The position numbers were made by a program, and so were the translations under genes. A stretch of DNA of 48,100 nt from a virus: the IMG/VR virus record IMGVR_UViG_3300031133_000003, positions 1-48,100 of that record; one strand, given 5' to 3'. Positions within the stretch are counted from its first letter, which is position 1, and the number at the start of each line of letters is the position of its first letter. Positions 1 through 7,234 of this stretch are shown here, piece by piece. The notes under the pieces are model-generated. The model saw only the letters and a list, made by a program, of their open reading frames with translations, searched no databases and was not told where the DNA came from.

Positions 1-127
1 GTTCTCCATTTGTAAAGGGCGGGCTAGCTTAAAGCTGTCGGGGCAATGGCTCCAATGCCCACCTAACGGCATCCCTTCATTAAATTCCTTGAATTGTAAT
101 CCCATGTCTGTTATGGCAGCAATTCTG
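1..127. repeat. Exact 127-bp duplicate of 47974..48100 (circular-assembly overlap or terminal redundancy)
   Basis: Read directly: bases 1-127 (gttctccatttgtaaaggg...gcagcaattctg) are identical to the last 127 bases. The unit genome is therefore 47,973 bp. Confidence 0.95.
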
Positions 128-204
128 GCAGTACATCCAACAACCATTCCCAGGTGTTCGCCATAAATGCGCTCTACTAAGTCCCCAACTTTGAACTTAA
201 CCAA
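1..204 (-). CDS. ENK-tail mini-protein a (69 aa), cut by the window boundary
   Basis: TTG start at 204 with GGAGG 6 nt upstream, overlapping the stop of 197..775. Translation is MVKFKVGDLVERIYGE...ARPLQME; the last codons NK plus TAA lie across the junction (=47968..47973). Confidence 0.6.
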   Translation of the reverse strand, partial: MVKFKVGDLVERIYGEHLGMVVGCTARIAAITDMGLQFKEFNEGMPLGGHWSHCPDSFKLARPLQMEN

Positions 205-775
205 GTGCTACCTCCAAACTCTCTTTCAGATAAAAACGCTCTGGCAACAGCTTGACGCTTTCATCCAGAACGTATCCAACCACCTCACCTCGGAACACTA
301 AGCAAGCTTCTCTTTCATGAACACCAACAGCCCAATCACGATGAAAGGGGACAATGCGCGCCTCTTGATTCCTCACTTTCTGGAATGCCTCACCAACATC
401 AGGAAACTGACCAAGCATTGTCTTTCCAATCGCCTTGCTAGCGAAGTTTAAGCGTCCCATACGACGTGCTGGAGGCTCATCTAGGACATTCTTTAGTACC
501 AGGTTCTCATTGTTCAACCCCTGCTTATAACGCCGTACAGGCTTCCTCATAGCCATGTACACATCCTCTCCGTCAATGACATAGCCAAGAGGAGCGTGTG
601 AAGGGTCTAAGTCTAAATCAGCCACTAAAGCTTTGCTGTGCTTGTCAGTTTCTAAATCTGAAACAATCACAGTGTTCTTATCTTCCACCCCCACCACTAA
701 GCAAGGGCGTTGCTTATGAATCACCACAGTGTGGTAGAGGCGGGTTTTAACATCAGCTTCGCTCTCATAACGCAT
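197..775 (-). CDS. hypothetical protein (192 aa), embedded in the amide-ligase island
   Basis: Long ORF. Its ATG overlaps the stop of the upstream ENK gene (TAATG). No motif recognised. Confidence 0.7.
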   Translation of the reverse strand: MRYESEADVKTRLYHTVVIHKQRPCLVVGVEDKNTVIVSDLETDKHSKALVADLDLDPSHAPLGYVIDGEDVYMAMRKPVRRYKQGLNNENLVLKNVLDEPPARRMGRLNFASKAIGKTMLGQFPDVGEAFQKVRNQEARIVPFHRDWAVGVHEREACLVFRGEVVGYVLDESVKLLPERFYLKESLEVALG

Positions 776-1002
776 TATTTATTCTCCATTTGCTTAGGAC
801 GGCACACTGACAATGTACCCTCTTGGTAAGTGTTAGTTGCTCCGTTTTCCCAAGAAACTCTCACCCAGCCTTCCCTGTCATCTGGCTCATTTTCTATAAC
901 ATAACCCTTCACATTCGCTGGGTTGGTGCGCCCGTTCCAATACCTACGCAGCCCCTCTTCGTTGATATTAACTGCTGTACCGAGCCTTGGGGGCCAATTC
1001 AT
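775..1002 (-). CDS. ENK-tail mini-protein b (75 aa)
   Basis: ATGA overlap with the upstream ligase stop. Ends ..CRPKQMENK; its stop overlaps the next start. Confidence 0.65.
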   Translation of the reverse strand: MNWPPRLGTAVNINEEGLRRYWNGRTNPANVKGYVIENEPDDREGWVRVSWENGATNTYQEGTLSVCRPKQMENK

Positions 1003-1823
1003 ACAGCCACCCCCTTCGGAAGAATCAGGCCCTCAGCTTTAATGATGCGTGCTGCGGCTGCCTTGTCGCTCTTGTTGATGATGTTCTGAATGTCACCATA
1101 TTTATCAGCCAGGCAGATGCCCTTATCAATCTGCTCCATAGCATACATGGAAGCTTGATAGGCCCAACGTTTCAGGTTGTCATTGCCCAGCCATTGGTTA
1201 GATGGTGTGCGATATTCCATGCCATAGCGTTTAGGACGGAAGGCACCAGCTTTGCCGTACAGCTCACGACGCTTAGTGTCGTTGTCGTAGAACAGGGAAG
1301 GAAGGCCAATGTAGAAATCAATCTCACGCACCTTAGCTGCAATCCAGCCAATGTAGTCAATGTCATCTACAGGCGCTTCACCCCCAGCTTCTGGAATACC
1401 GAAGTGGATGTGACCAGCAGCACTACGGAAAGGAAGCTCTCCGTTAGGGCGTGGGTTAACAGCCACTGTGTAAGCATCCCAATCTGGCTCGCAGCCAAGC
1501 TCTTTAGCTTTCTCTGGCTGGGCGCGAATGTATTCCAGGCCGAATTCAGCCACAGGCTGTGGAAGAAGCTGATGCTGTGGCACCATTGCTGCAAGGATGG
1601 CTAACACGCCATTGATGTTCTTCATCCAATCCGCTTCGTTGCTTACGGCGTCAATGTTGAACTCAAGAGCCATACCATCCACCTGAACAGCCCCACCAGC
1701 TACCTTCTGTGGATTTTTCTTATCACCTTCAATCAAACCGAAGGCACTAACAGGCACGCCATTCTGTCCTACGAACACCTCTGGGTCTGCACCTAACAGA
1801 TATTTAGTTTTCATCGTGTACAC
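999..1823 (-). CDS. carboxylate-amine (COOH-NH2) ligase, phiEco32-like type 2 / GCS2-glutamine-synthetase-like fold
   Basis: Motifs LLGADPEVF, VQVDGMALEFN, GHIHFG and MEYRTPSN resemble the phage COOH-NH2 ligase family. AGGAG lies 8 nt before the ATG. Confidence 0.65.
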   Translation of the reverse strand: MYTMKTKYLLGADPEVFVGQNGVPVSAFGLIEGDKKNPQKVAGGAVQVDGMALEFNIDAVSNEADWMKNINGVLAILAAMVPQHQLLPQPVAEFGLEYIRAQPEKAKELGCEPDWDAYTVAVNPRPNGELPFRSAAGHIHFGIPEAGGEAPVDDIDYIGWIAAKVREIDFYIGLPSLFYDNDTKRRELYGKAGAFRPKRYGMEYRTPSNQWLGNDNLKRWAYQASMYAMEQIDKGICLADKYGDIQNIINKSDKAAAARIIKAEGLILPKGVAV

Positions 1824-1847
1824 TCCTACGTTTTAAATGATTGTTTA

Positions 1848-1858
1848 TGATAGCATTT
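1848..1858 (-). promoter_or_regulatory. copy 1 of recurrent 11-mer AAATGCTATCA (possible extended -10, TGcTATCAT; TTGTAA sits 16 nt upstream)
   Basis: Minus strand reads TTGTAAACAAATAGCAAAATGCTATCAT in the 38-nt gap before the ligase gene. Confidence 0.35.
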
Positions 1859-1860
1859 TG

Positions 1861-2094
1861 CTATTTGTTTACAAAAGATTTAGGCCCCAATACTTCAAAC
1901 CTATGCGCAAACATTCCATCAAGCCCTTCACACCAAACCAAGGTATCCTCCTCAACAACATCTGTGATATCAAAAGCCTTAACTTTATAACAGTTGCCAA
2001 TAAGAGGGGCATATTGCGAATGTCTGTTGGCTGCACTATCCACTACTCTTACACTGCATCCCTCTCGTATTTTAGTGTAACTTGGCTTTCCCAT
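1861..2094 (-). CDS. ENK-tail mini-protein c (77 aa; tail ..GPKSFVNK)
   Basis: ORF with GGAGAGG before the ATG. Ends AAC AAA TAG although no start codon is adjacent. Confidence 0.55.
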   Translation of the reverse strand: MGKPSYTKIREGCSVRVVDSAANRHSQYAPLIGNCYKVKAFDITDVVEEDTLVWCEGLDGMFAHRFEVLGPKSFVNK

Positions 2095-3277
2095 CGTCCT
2101 CTCCCAGACTAGCAGCTAACAACTTAATCTCTTCACTCAGCTTCTTACGTTCTTCCTCTTCAACAGCGTCAGCTCTCTCAGCCTCAGCAATATCTTCAAG
2201 AGAGAAATAAGTGTTGAGCACCGTATCAATTGTGCAGATGAATCCGCTATAGCTTGAATGTTTCAGCTTAGCAGAGAATACACAATGGTCAAGGTTCCAC
2301 ATCTCATCCAGCAATTGCTCATTAGCAAGGGAGTCAATGTTGTAAATGAACAACGGAGTGCCTTTCAATGTCTCGCAGGTGAGCCGTGCTTTCTGTGCCC
2401 CTGTGCTTGTCTCCACATAGTCGTGAACCCGAGTGACAATAAACTCCACTACGTCCCCTTCCTTCACTCCCTCCGCCTCTAACCAACGCTTGCCGTGATA
2501 ATCATCAATATCCGAAGAGGCGTTGTAGGAACGTTTTGGCGGCTCCCACTTTGGGGCAACGTATGCCACCACAGGGTTTCGCACAACACTAAGCTTATGC
2601 CCCCACTTCATCTTGACATCGAAGACATACTCCGTGTCTACAGCCACTTCTACAGGGTTTTTATCAAGCTCCACGCCCTCACGCCCACAGCCTACATGAA
2701 TCATCCAAGGCTCAGAGGCCCACACTAACGTCTCTCCTTTGTTAGCCGTAGCCCAGAACAGAGGACGTTCCTTATTACGCAGGAAATGGACAGTGTTGTC
2801 TCGCTTGTCCAGCCATGTCAGGGCAGCAGCCCCATTAAGCTTCTCCCACATAGCCTGTGTGTTGCTGTGGTTTAGCTCAGCGTACAATGCTTCGCTGTCC
2901 ACCTCACGCTTAAAGGAATCATGGAAGGCTTCTTTCCAGCCCCATTTAAGGGAGCCGTTATGAGCCCCAATGATGTTATCAAACTCAAATGGATGGGCGT
3001 TCTCAGCGTTGATTGCGCCCTGTGTAGCCCAGCGATTGTGACCAATCAGCACATAGCTCTTACGAGCCAGGGCCTGTGTAAACTCCTTCTTTTCTACAAA
3101 CTCTGCCCCACGGACAGCCTCTTTAACCACTTTAAATTCTGGTTTTTCATTGAAGCCTTGCATGAAGGCTACACCTGTTGAATGTTTGCCACGAAGCTCA
3201 TCTAAGAACAACATAGTCTTAAACGCTTTCTCTTCGTTAACCCCAATCTTTCCTGCAAAGCCCACCATTCCACACAA
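2072..3277 (-). CDS. class-II (Ntn, N-terminal Cys) glutamine amidotransferase-like protein with an unknown ~150-aa C-terminal extension
   Basis: TTG start, then CGMVGFAG (Cys2 nucleophile), plus HNRWATQG and NAHPF motifs. GGAGGTG lies upstream. Confidence 0.8.
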   Translation of the reverse strand: MCGMVGFAGKIGVNEEKAFKTMLFLDELRGKHSTGVAFMQGFNEKPEFKVVKEAVRGAEFVEKKEFTQALARKSYVLIGHNRWATQGAINAENAHPFEFDNIIGAHNGSLKWGWKEAFHDSFKREVDSEALYAELNHSNTQAMWEKLNGAAALTWLDKRDNTVHFLRNKERPLFWATANKGETLVWASEPWMIHVGCGREGVELDKNPVEVAVDTEYVFDVKMKWGHKLSVVRNPVVAYVAPKWEPPKRSYNASSDIDDYHGKRWLEAEGVKEGDVVEFIVTRVHDYVETSTGAQKARLTCETLKGTPLFIYNIDSLANEQLLDEMWNLDHCVFSAKLKHSSYSGFICTIDTVLNTYFSLEDIAEAERADAVEEEERKKLSEEIKLLAASLGEDDGKAKLH

Positions 3278-3278
3278 A

Positions 3279-3368
3279 TTACACCTCCAATAATTTATTT
3301 AAACGTTCAATTGCTTTCTCATGAAACTTAATCCACTCACGAATGAGAGGCTTGGTTGGTTCGGTCAC
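3279..3368 (-). CDS. micro-ORF (29 aa, MTEPTKPLIREWIKFHEKAIERLNKLLEV)
   Basis: GTG start with AAAGAGG 5 nt upstream. Its stop lies 1 nt upstream of the amidotransferase TTG start. It is below the ORF-track cutoff. Confidence 0.3.
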   Translation of the reverse strand: MTEPTKPLIREWIKFHEKAIERLNKLLEV

Positions 3369-3378
3369 AATGGCCTCT

Positions 3379-3594
3379 TTATTTATTTGTGAATGAGGTT
3401 TTAGATAAATGTCGGAAACATCTGGCATCTACATACTGTTTTCTTGTGCCGCCCTCAACCTGCAATCGGAATACTCCATCTCCTCTGTCCTCCAGAATAA
3501 GGCAGCGAGTCTTAATTGGATGGTAGTGCATAATAATTTCTCCACCACCTTCATTTGTGATTACAACTCTATCCCCTACCTTAAACTTGGCCAT
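3379..3594 (-). CDS. ENK-tail mini-protein d (71 aa; MAKFKVGD..., tail ..KTSFTNK)
   Basis: GGAGAG 8 nt before the ATG. N-terminus matches members a and j. Confidence 0.65.
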   Translation of the reverse strand: MAKFKVGDRVVITNEGGGEIIMHYHPIKTRCLILEDRGDGVFRLQVEGGTRKQYVDARCFRHLSKTSFTNK

Positions 3595-4228
3595 TCAATA
3601 AGCTCTCCAGTTTAGACAGATACCATTGTTGGCATGGATGTTCTTTACCAACCATCTCTGGATGAGGCTGGAAGCAGAAGCTGCGTGTCTCTGGATAGTA
3701 GACACTTTCCACTTCCACCTCATCATTCTTAGCCACCAACAAGCCACGCTTCTTGCCAATCTCTGACATATGAAGCTTGATGGTGCTACGCATCTCACTG
3801 CTCTGAGCTAACAGCTTCCCCTTCTTACCAATACGCATCATCTGGTGATGTGTAGAGGTGCAGGGGAATTCATTTCCTGTTTCTAAATCTACTACAGGGT
3901 GGGTGCCTGGAATGGCGTGGTTGTACACGTCCTGATACATCTTGCCACCATTCATCACATTCAGGAACTGACCGCCACGACAGATGCCAGCCATAAATTG
4001 ACCACGCTCTTTACAGGCGTTAAATACAGCCAGCTCTTCGGCATCTCGTGCCTTGCTGCTCCATGTTGTCTCATGCTGATGCTCTCCATACAGCTGAGGA
4101 GAGACATCAGAACCTCCCGTAAACTGAATGATGTCTGCCTTCTCAGCGCTATCTACCAGCTCATAACCCGCTGCCTGGAACATACGAGCGTAAGAAAAGC
4201 CACCACCTACAATATAAACCTTTTTCAT
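3581..4228 (-). CDS. class-I glutamine-amidotransferase-like / peptidase C26 (gamma-glutamyl hydrolase-like) protein
   Basis: GICRGGQ (nucleophile elbow), HHQ and FQPHPE (His-Glu) motifs. Its ATG overlaps the stop of ENK gene e (AAATGA). Confidence 0.8.
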   Translation of the reverse strand: MKKVYIVGGGFSYARMFQAAGYELVDSAEKADIIQFTGGSDVSPQLYGEHQHETTWSSKARDAEELAVFNACKERGQFMAGICRGGQFLNVMNGGKMYQDVYNHAIPGTHPVVDLETGNEFPCTSTHHQMMRIGKKGKLLAQSSEMRSTIKLHMSEIGKKRGLLVAKNDEVEVESVYYPETRSFCFQPHPEMVGKEHPCQQWYLSKLESLLNGQV

Positions 4229-4428
4229 TTGTTCACCATGTGTTTAAGTTTAGGGAGAGGTGAATATAGAGACATCTCTTCCTGATGGTCTTTACTAACA
4301 AACATAACTTGCTTGCTTTCAAACTGGAATACATAGGCGTTATCGTATGAACCCACACATCTAACCTTTGACTCCGGATGCTTGTAAGTACCCTTGCGTA
4401 AGTAGTAACTCCAAAGCTTGAACTTCAT
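4225..4428 (-). CDS. ENK-tail mini-protein e (67 aa from MKFKLW...; tail ..LKHMVNK)
   Basis: ATGA overlap with the stop of the 458-aa gene. The track ORF 4225..4449 starts further upstream. Confidence 0.6.
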   Translation of the reverse strand: MKFKLWSYYLRKGTYKHPESKVRCVGSYDNAYVFQFESKQVMFVSKDHQEEMSLYSPLPKLKHMVNK

Positions 4429-5801
4429 ACACCAGCCGCCTTCTGCCAATCTTCAATAATATCAGCAGCTTGTTCCATTGCATCATCAAATGAAACACCA
4501 GCTGCTCCCCATGCCTTCTTACCACCACCAATAGCGCCCAGCTTTTCAACTACAGGGGCCATGTCAGTGCATTCTCCCCACAGATTGTTGACGCCATAAT
4601 AGTCTGTCTTCTGGCTATACGGCTTATCATTCTGCTTAACTGGCTTGCCGTCAATGAAATTGATGATAGCTTTCTCTGGCATCTGGTCAATGCGGAACAC
4701 TGTGTGCCCTGTGCCAGCCTGAGCAAACTTCCATTTGCCATTGTTAAGAGAGGCACGGCAGCCAAACAGGAACGCTGTGTTAGCGTCCAGTCCCTGCTCC
4801 ATCAGGCCATACCACGCTGCAATCATGTGGGGGTATTCCCAACACTGACGTGTAGCAATGCAAGCACCAGCAACCATCTGTGCGCTGACGTTAGCTGTCA
4901 GGATGTAGCCATTAGCCCTAATCCACTCAGCATCCTTTACAACGAAGGCATCAGCAAATGGGCTGTATCCTGTCAGATAGTTGATGAACGCTGTGAGGAT
5001 TTCAGAAGTGAGCCCCTCTTTAGGGCGTGGTGCCTTAACAGCTGTCAGGATGTATGCTGCTTGCTTACCGCCTGTTCGCTGTAAGCCAGCATGACAGGCT
5101 GCGTGGTAGTCACGATATACAACCTTGCCCTTATCATCTGTCACGTTGTAGCAGGCTGTCTTGCCCTCACCACATTCAGCTTTCAGGAGAGTGAGCGCAT
5201 CAGACAACAAGGCAATTACCTGTTCATCCTCAGCGCTTGCACGCTTTGGGGGCAAGGCAATCTCCACAGCACCAACGCCCATACGCTGTGCTCGTGGAAT
5301 GCGCCATTCTGGAGGTTCAACGGGGTAGATGTCAGAGGCTAAGAAGATGTTAACGTAAGGAGCATCTTCTTCCGGGTCAATAGTATCTCCTTCATGACGC
5401 AGCGTAAGCTTGCCAGCGTGCTCCTCGACATCATCCTTTGTCAGCTCATACAGTTCATCCTCACGGAAGATGAAAGGTTTGCCTTCCCATCCCTCACGCT
5501 CCATGCGAGGAGAGAAGCCGGGGAATGCTGCCTTGTTAGCTGGTTTAGCACACACTTGCATGTCGCTACCTGATGGGTCATACACCCAGGCATTGTCTCG
5601 TGTGTCCAGCTGTAAGATGTTAGTGGTTGTTTGGGTGCCAAGCAGCTGCACTTTAATTGATGCGCCATTGCCAAAGCTTTCCACCAGCTTAACCAGCACA
5701 CCTTTGTTACCGTTTTTAGACAACAGCTTGTTCTTAGCTGAATACGCTACGTAGATTTTACCAATCTCCAGCGCTTTAACATTCAGTTTACGAAATTGCA
5801 T
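4425..5801 (-). CDS. hypothetical protein (458 aa), embedded in the amide-ligase island
   Basis: Long ORF whose ATG follows directly after the TAA of ENK gene f. No motif recognised. Confidence 0.75.
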   Translation of the reverse strand: MQFRKLNVKALEIGKIYVAYSAKNKLLSKNGNKGVLVKLVESFGNGASIKVQLLGTQTTTNILQLDTRDNAWVYDPSGSDMQVCAKPANKAAFPGFSPRMEREGWEGKPFIFREDELYELTKDDVEEHAGKLTLRHEGDTIDPEEDAPYVNIFLASDIYPVEPPEWRIPRAQRMGVGAVEIALPPKRASAEDEQVIALLSDALTLLKAECGEGKTACYNVTDDKGKVVYRDYHAACHAGLQRTGGKQAAYILTAVKAPRPKEGLTSEILTAFINYLTGYSPFADAFVVKDAEWIRANGYILTANVSAQMVAGACIATRQCWEYPHMIAAWYGLMEQGLDANTAFLFGCRASLNNGKWKFAQAGTGHTVFRIDQMPEKAIINFIDGKPVKQNDKPYSQKTDYYGVNNLWGECTDMAPVVEKLGAIGGGKKAWGAAGVSFDDAMEQAADIIEDWQKAAGV

Positions 5802-6005
5802 TTACTTGTTCTCCATTTGTAGTTTAATTTCTTTTACACGCCAAGAAAACATTGCCTCTACTTCCTCCAAAAAGAACAGAAGGTTTTCTTTGCCTTTTTC
5901 GGACTGTGACACAGTTAGCACCCGGCCTATGAACGGCGCATAAGCTGGGTTATATCTGTTCTTTTCACTATCCAGAACTTTAACCTTACTGCCAACTTTA
6001 ATCAT
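5802..6005 (-). CDS. ENK-tail mini-protein f (67 aa from MIKVGSKV...; tail ..IKLQMENK)
   Basis: GAGAGGG 8 nt before the internal ATG at 6005. The track ORF extends to 6056. Confidence 0.6.
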   Translation of the reverse strand: MIKVGSKVKVLDSEKNRYNPAYAPFIGRVLTVSQSEKGKENLLFFLEEVEAMFSWRVKEIKLQMENK

Positions 6006-6109
6006 TTCATAAACCCTCTCTATATGACGTTGTAGGACGTTCAACATAGCAGGCAATACGTTTCCATACCTGCTATAGCAATCTCCCTTCCTGATGCGTT
6101 ACAGGGCGC

Positions 6110-6262
6110 TTAAGAGGGTGTCTTAGTTCCGATGTGATAAGACATACGCATATACGCCTCTACAAGCTGGATAAGAGGGTCTTTCATCTCCTTCTTAATG
6201 CTCTCCAGCTTGCTGATTGATTGCATCATGTCCAGCACTTGTTTCTCCAGAAGGTCGTTCAT
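6110..6262 (-). CDS. micro-ORF (50 aa, MNDLLEKQVLDMMQSISKLE...)
   Basis: ATG preceded by AGGA. Helical-looking sequence. Below the track cutoff. Confidence 0.35.
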   Translation of the reverse strand: MNDLLEKQVLDMMQSISKLESIKKEMKDPLIQLVEAYMRMSYHIGTKTPS

Positions 6263-6309
6263 ACTAAATCCTATTCAGTTCGTTGCCATTAATAGTGAGC
6301 GTAGTGTTT

Positions 6310-6402
6310 TTAAAGAGTGAGCGCAATCAGGACGACCACAGCCTCTATAAAAACCCCGGTAATAACACCCCAAGCAAATGGGCCTAACTCGCTTTCATTC
6401 AT
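6310..6402 (-). CDS. micro-ORF (30 aa) with one hydrophobic helix (FAWGVITGVFIEAVVVLIALTL)
   Basis: Manual translation of the minus strand. Confidence 0.3.
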   Translation of the reverse strand: MNESELGPFAWGVITGVFIEAVVVLIALTL

Positions 6403-6405
6403 AGT

Positions 6406-6633
6406 TTAAATCTCATTTAAGTTTACTCCGTTAATCGTAAGAGTTATAGCCGCTCCCGGATAGTCTCGCTTAGCCATTTCCATCACCGTCTTAGCAATGT
6501 CTGAGCAATTGTTGATTGTTGGTTGGTTAACAATCCACTCCTGACCAGTGTTTACGTTGACAATGCAGGCATCCTGCCCATTAACAATGAGGCTATTGAG
6601 AATTAGATTAACAATCAGGATGCCTGTGTTCAT
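6406..6633 (-). CDS. hypothetical protein (75 aa)
   Basis: ORF with AGAGGAA before the ATG. Confidence 0.55.
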   Translation of the reverse strand: MNTGILIVNLILNSLIVNGQDACIVNVNTGQEWIVNQPTINNCSDIAKTVMEMAKRDYPGAAITLTINGVNLNEI

Positions 6634-6634
6634 G

Positions 6635-6847
6635 TTATTCCTCTATGTTTAGAGTTGCTTCTACTTCTTGAAGCGGCGTGGTGGGTTGAAAGGATAAAAT
6701 CTGCCCATTTTTTAGGTTAACCGCCCTTTTAAAACCGGCCTCTTGTTCGCATATCAAGTGGAAAGCACTACCGAATCGGTAAACCTCTCCAACAACCGTG
6801 TCTTTAAAATAAACCAAACCTCTTTTATGGTTGTTTATAATCTTCAC
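6635..6847 (-). CDS. hypothetical protein (70 aa)
   Basis: ORF packed tightly between its neighbours. Confidence 0.55.
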   Translation of the reverse strand: MKIINNHKRGLVYFKDTVVGEVYRFGSAFHLICEQEAGFKRAVNLKNGQILSFQPTTPLQEVEATLNIEE

Positions 6848-7071
6848 AAAACCCCCTTAGCAATGTGTTGCTTCGCCTGTTGATATGATTTACGCAAGCC
6901 AGTAGCTTGCACATTAACGCGTTGTTCAAAACGCATGATAGCATTTCCTTTGTCATCCAGCTTACCAGTGTCTACAGCAACAGTTTTCACTGTCTTAGTG
7001 ACGTAGTCACGCGGCTGGGATGGGTGAAATTGTAACGCTTTACGCAGAAGCTTGAGGTGTTTACTATTCAT
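6844..7071 (-). CDS. hypothetical protein (75 aa)
   Basis: AAGGAA 5 nt before the ATG. Contains 11-mer copy 2 in frame (..KGNAIM..). Confidence 0.6.
   Translation of the reverse strand: MNSKHLKLLRKALQFHPSQPRDYVTKTVKTVAVDTGKLDDKGNAIMRFEQRVNVQATGLRKSYQQAKQHIAKGVL
6936..6946 (-). repeat. copy 2 of 11-mer AAATGCTATCA (part of the 19-nt identity AAAGGAAATGCTATCATGC shared with copy 3)
   Basis: Read directly. Confidence 0.6.
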
Positions 7072-7129
7072 GTTGATTCCTTATTTATCAGATACTTATT
7101 AAGGTAACTAAATATATTTAATTTATTTT

Positions 7130-7170
7130 CGTTACCTTTCTCTAAAAAACGGCTCCTATATTATTATAAG
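7130..7170 (+). promoter_or_regulatory. 41-nt element, copy A (35/41 identical to 17922..17962), oriented antisense to the local genes
   Basis: cgttacctttctctaaaaaacggctcctatattattataag, inside a very AT-rich 163-bp gap. Contains TATTAT. Confidence 0.3.
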
Positions 7171-7234
7171 ACAATATATAATACAAGAGAATAAATAGAT
7201 GTCTCCGGAACGAATGTGAGAATTGAGACAGAGA

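Noticed and set aside
1-127. The 127-bp end repeat as a biological direct terminal repeat or cos-flanking repeat
   Set aside because: It cuts through a coding sequence, and its length matches a common assembler k-mer. The reading is kept only as an untested alternative.
823-1604. Plus-strand ORFs 823..1089 and 987..1604, and many similar antisense or alternate-frame track ORFs (for example 1172..1366, 2258..3181, 3899..4285, 4704..5754, 14358..17637 minus strand, 23712..28734 minus strand, 39781..40190, 41501..42322, 44336..46376)
   Set aside because: They lie entirely inside longer, motif-supported genes on the other strand or in another frame. They lack SD sequences and have Cys/Ser/Arg/Leu-rich shadow-frame composition.
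5802-5822. Programmed frameshift or read-through at AAC AAA TAA, which would fuse each ENK mini-protein to the downstream enzyme (an SD-like GGAG three nucleotides before the last sense codon recalls prfB)
   Set aside because: The downstream genes are in the -1 frame with their own start codons (ATGA, TAATG or TAAGTG overlaps). There is no X XXY YYZ slippery heptamer, and a +1 slip would enter the wrong frame. Ordinary termination-reinitiation coupling explains the layout.
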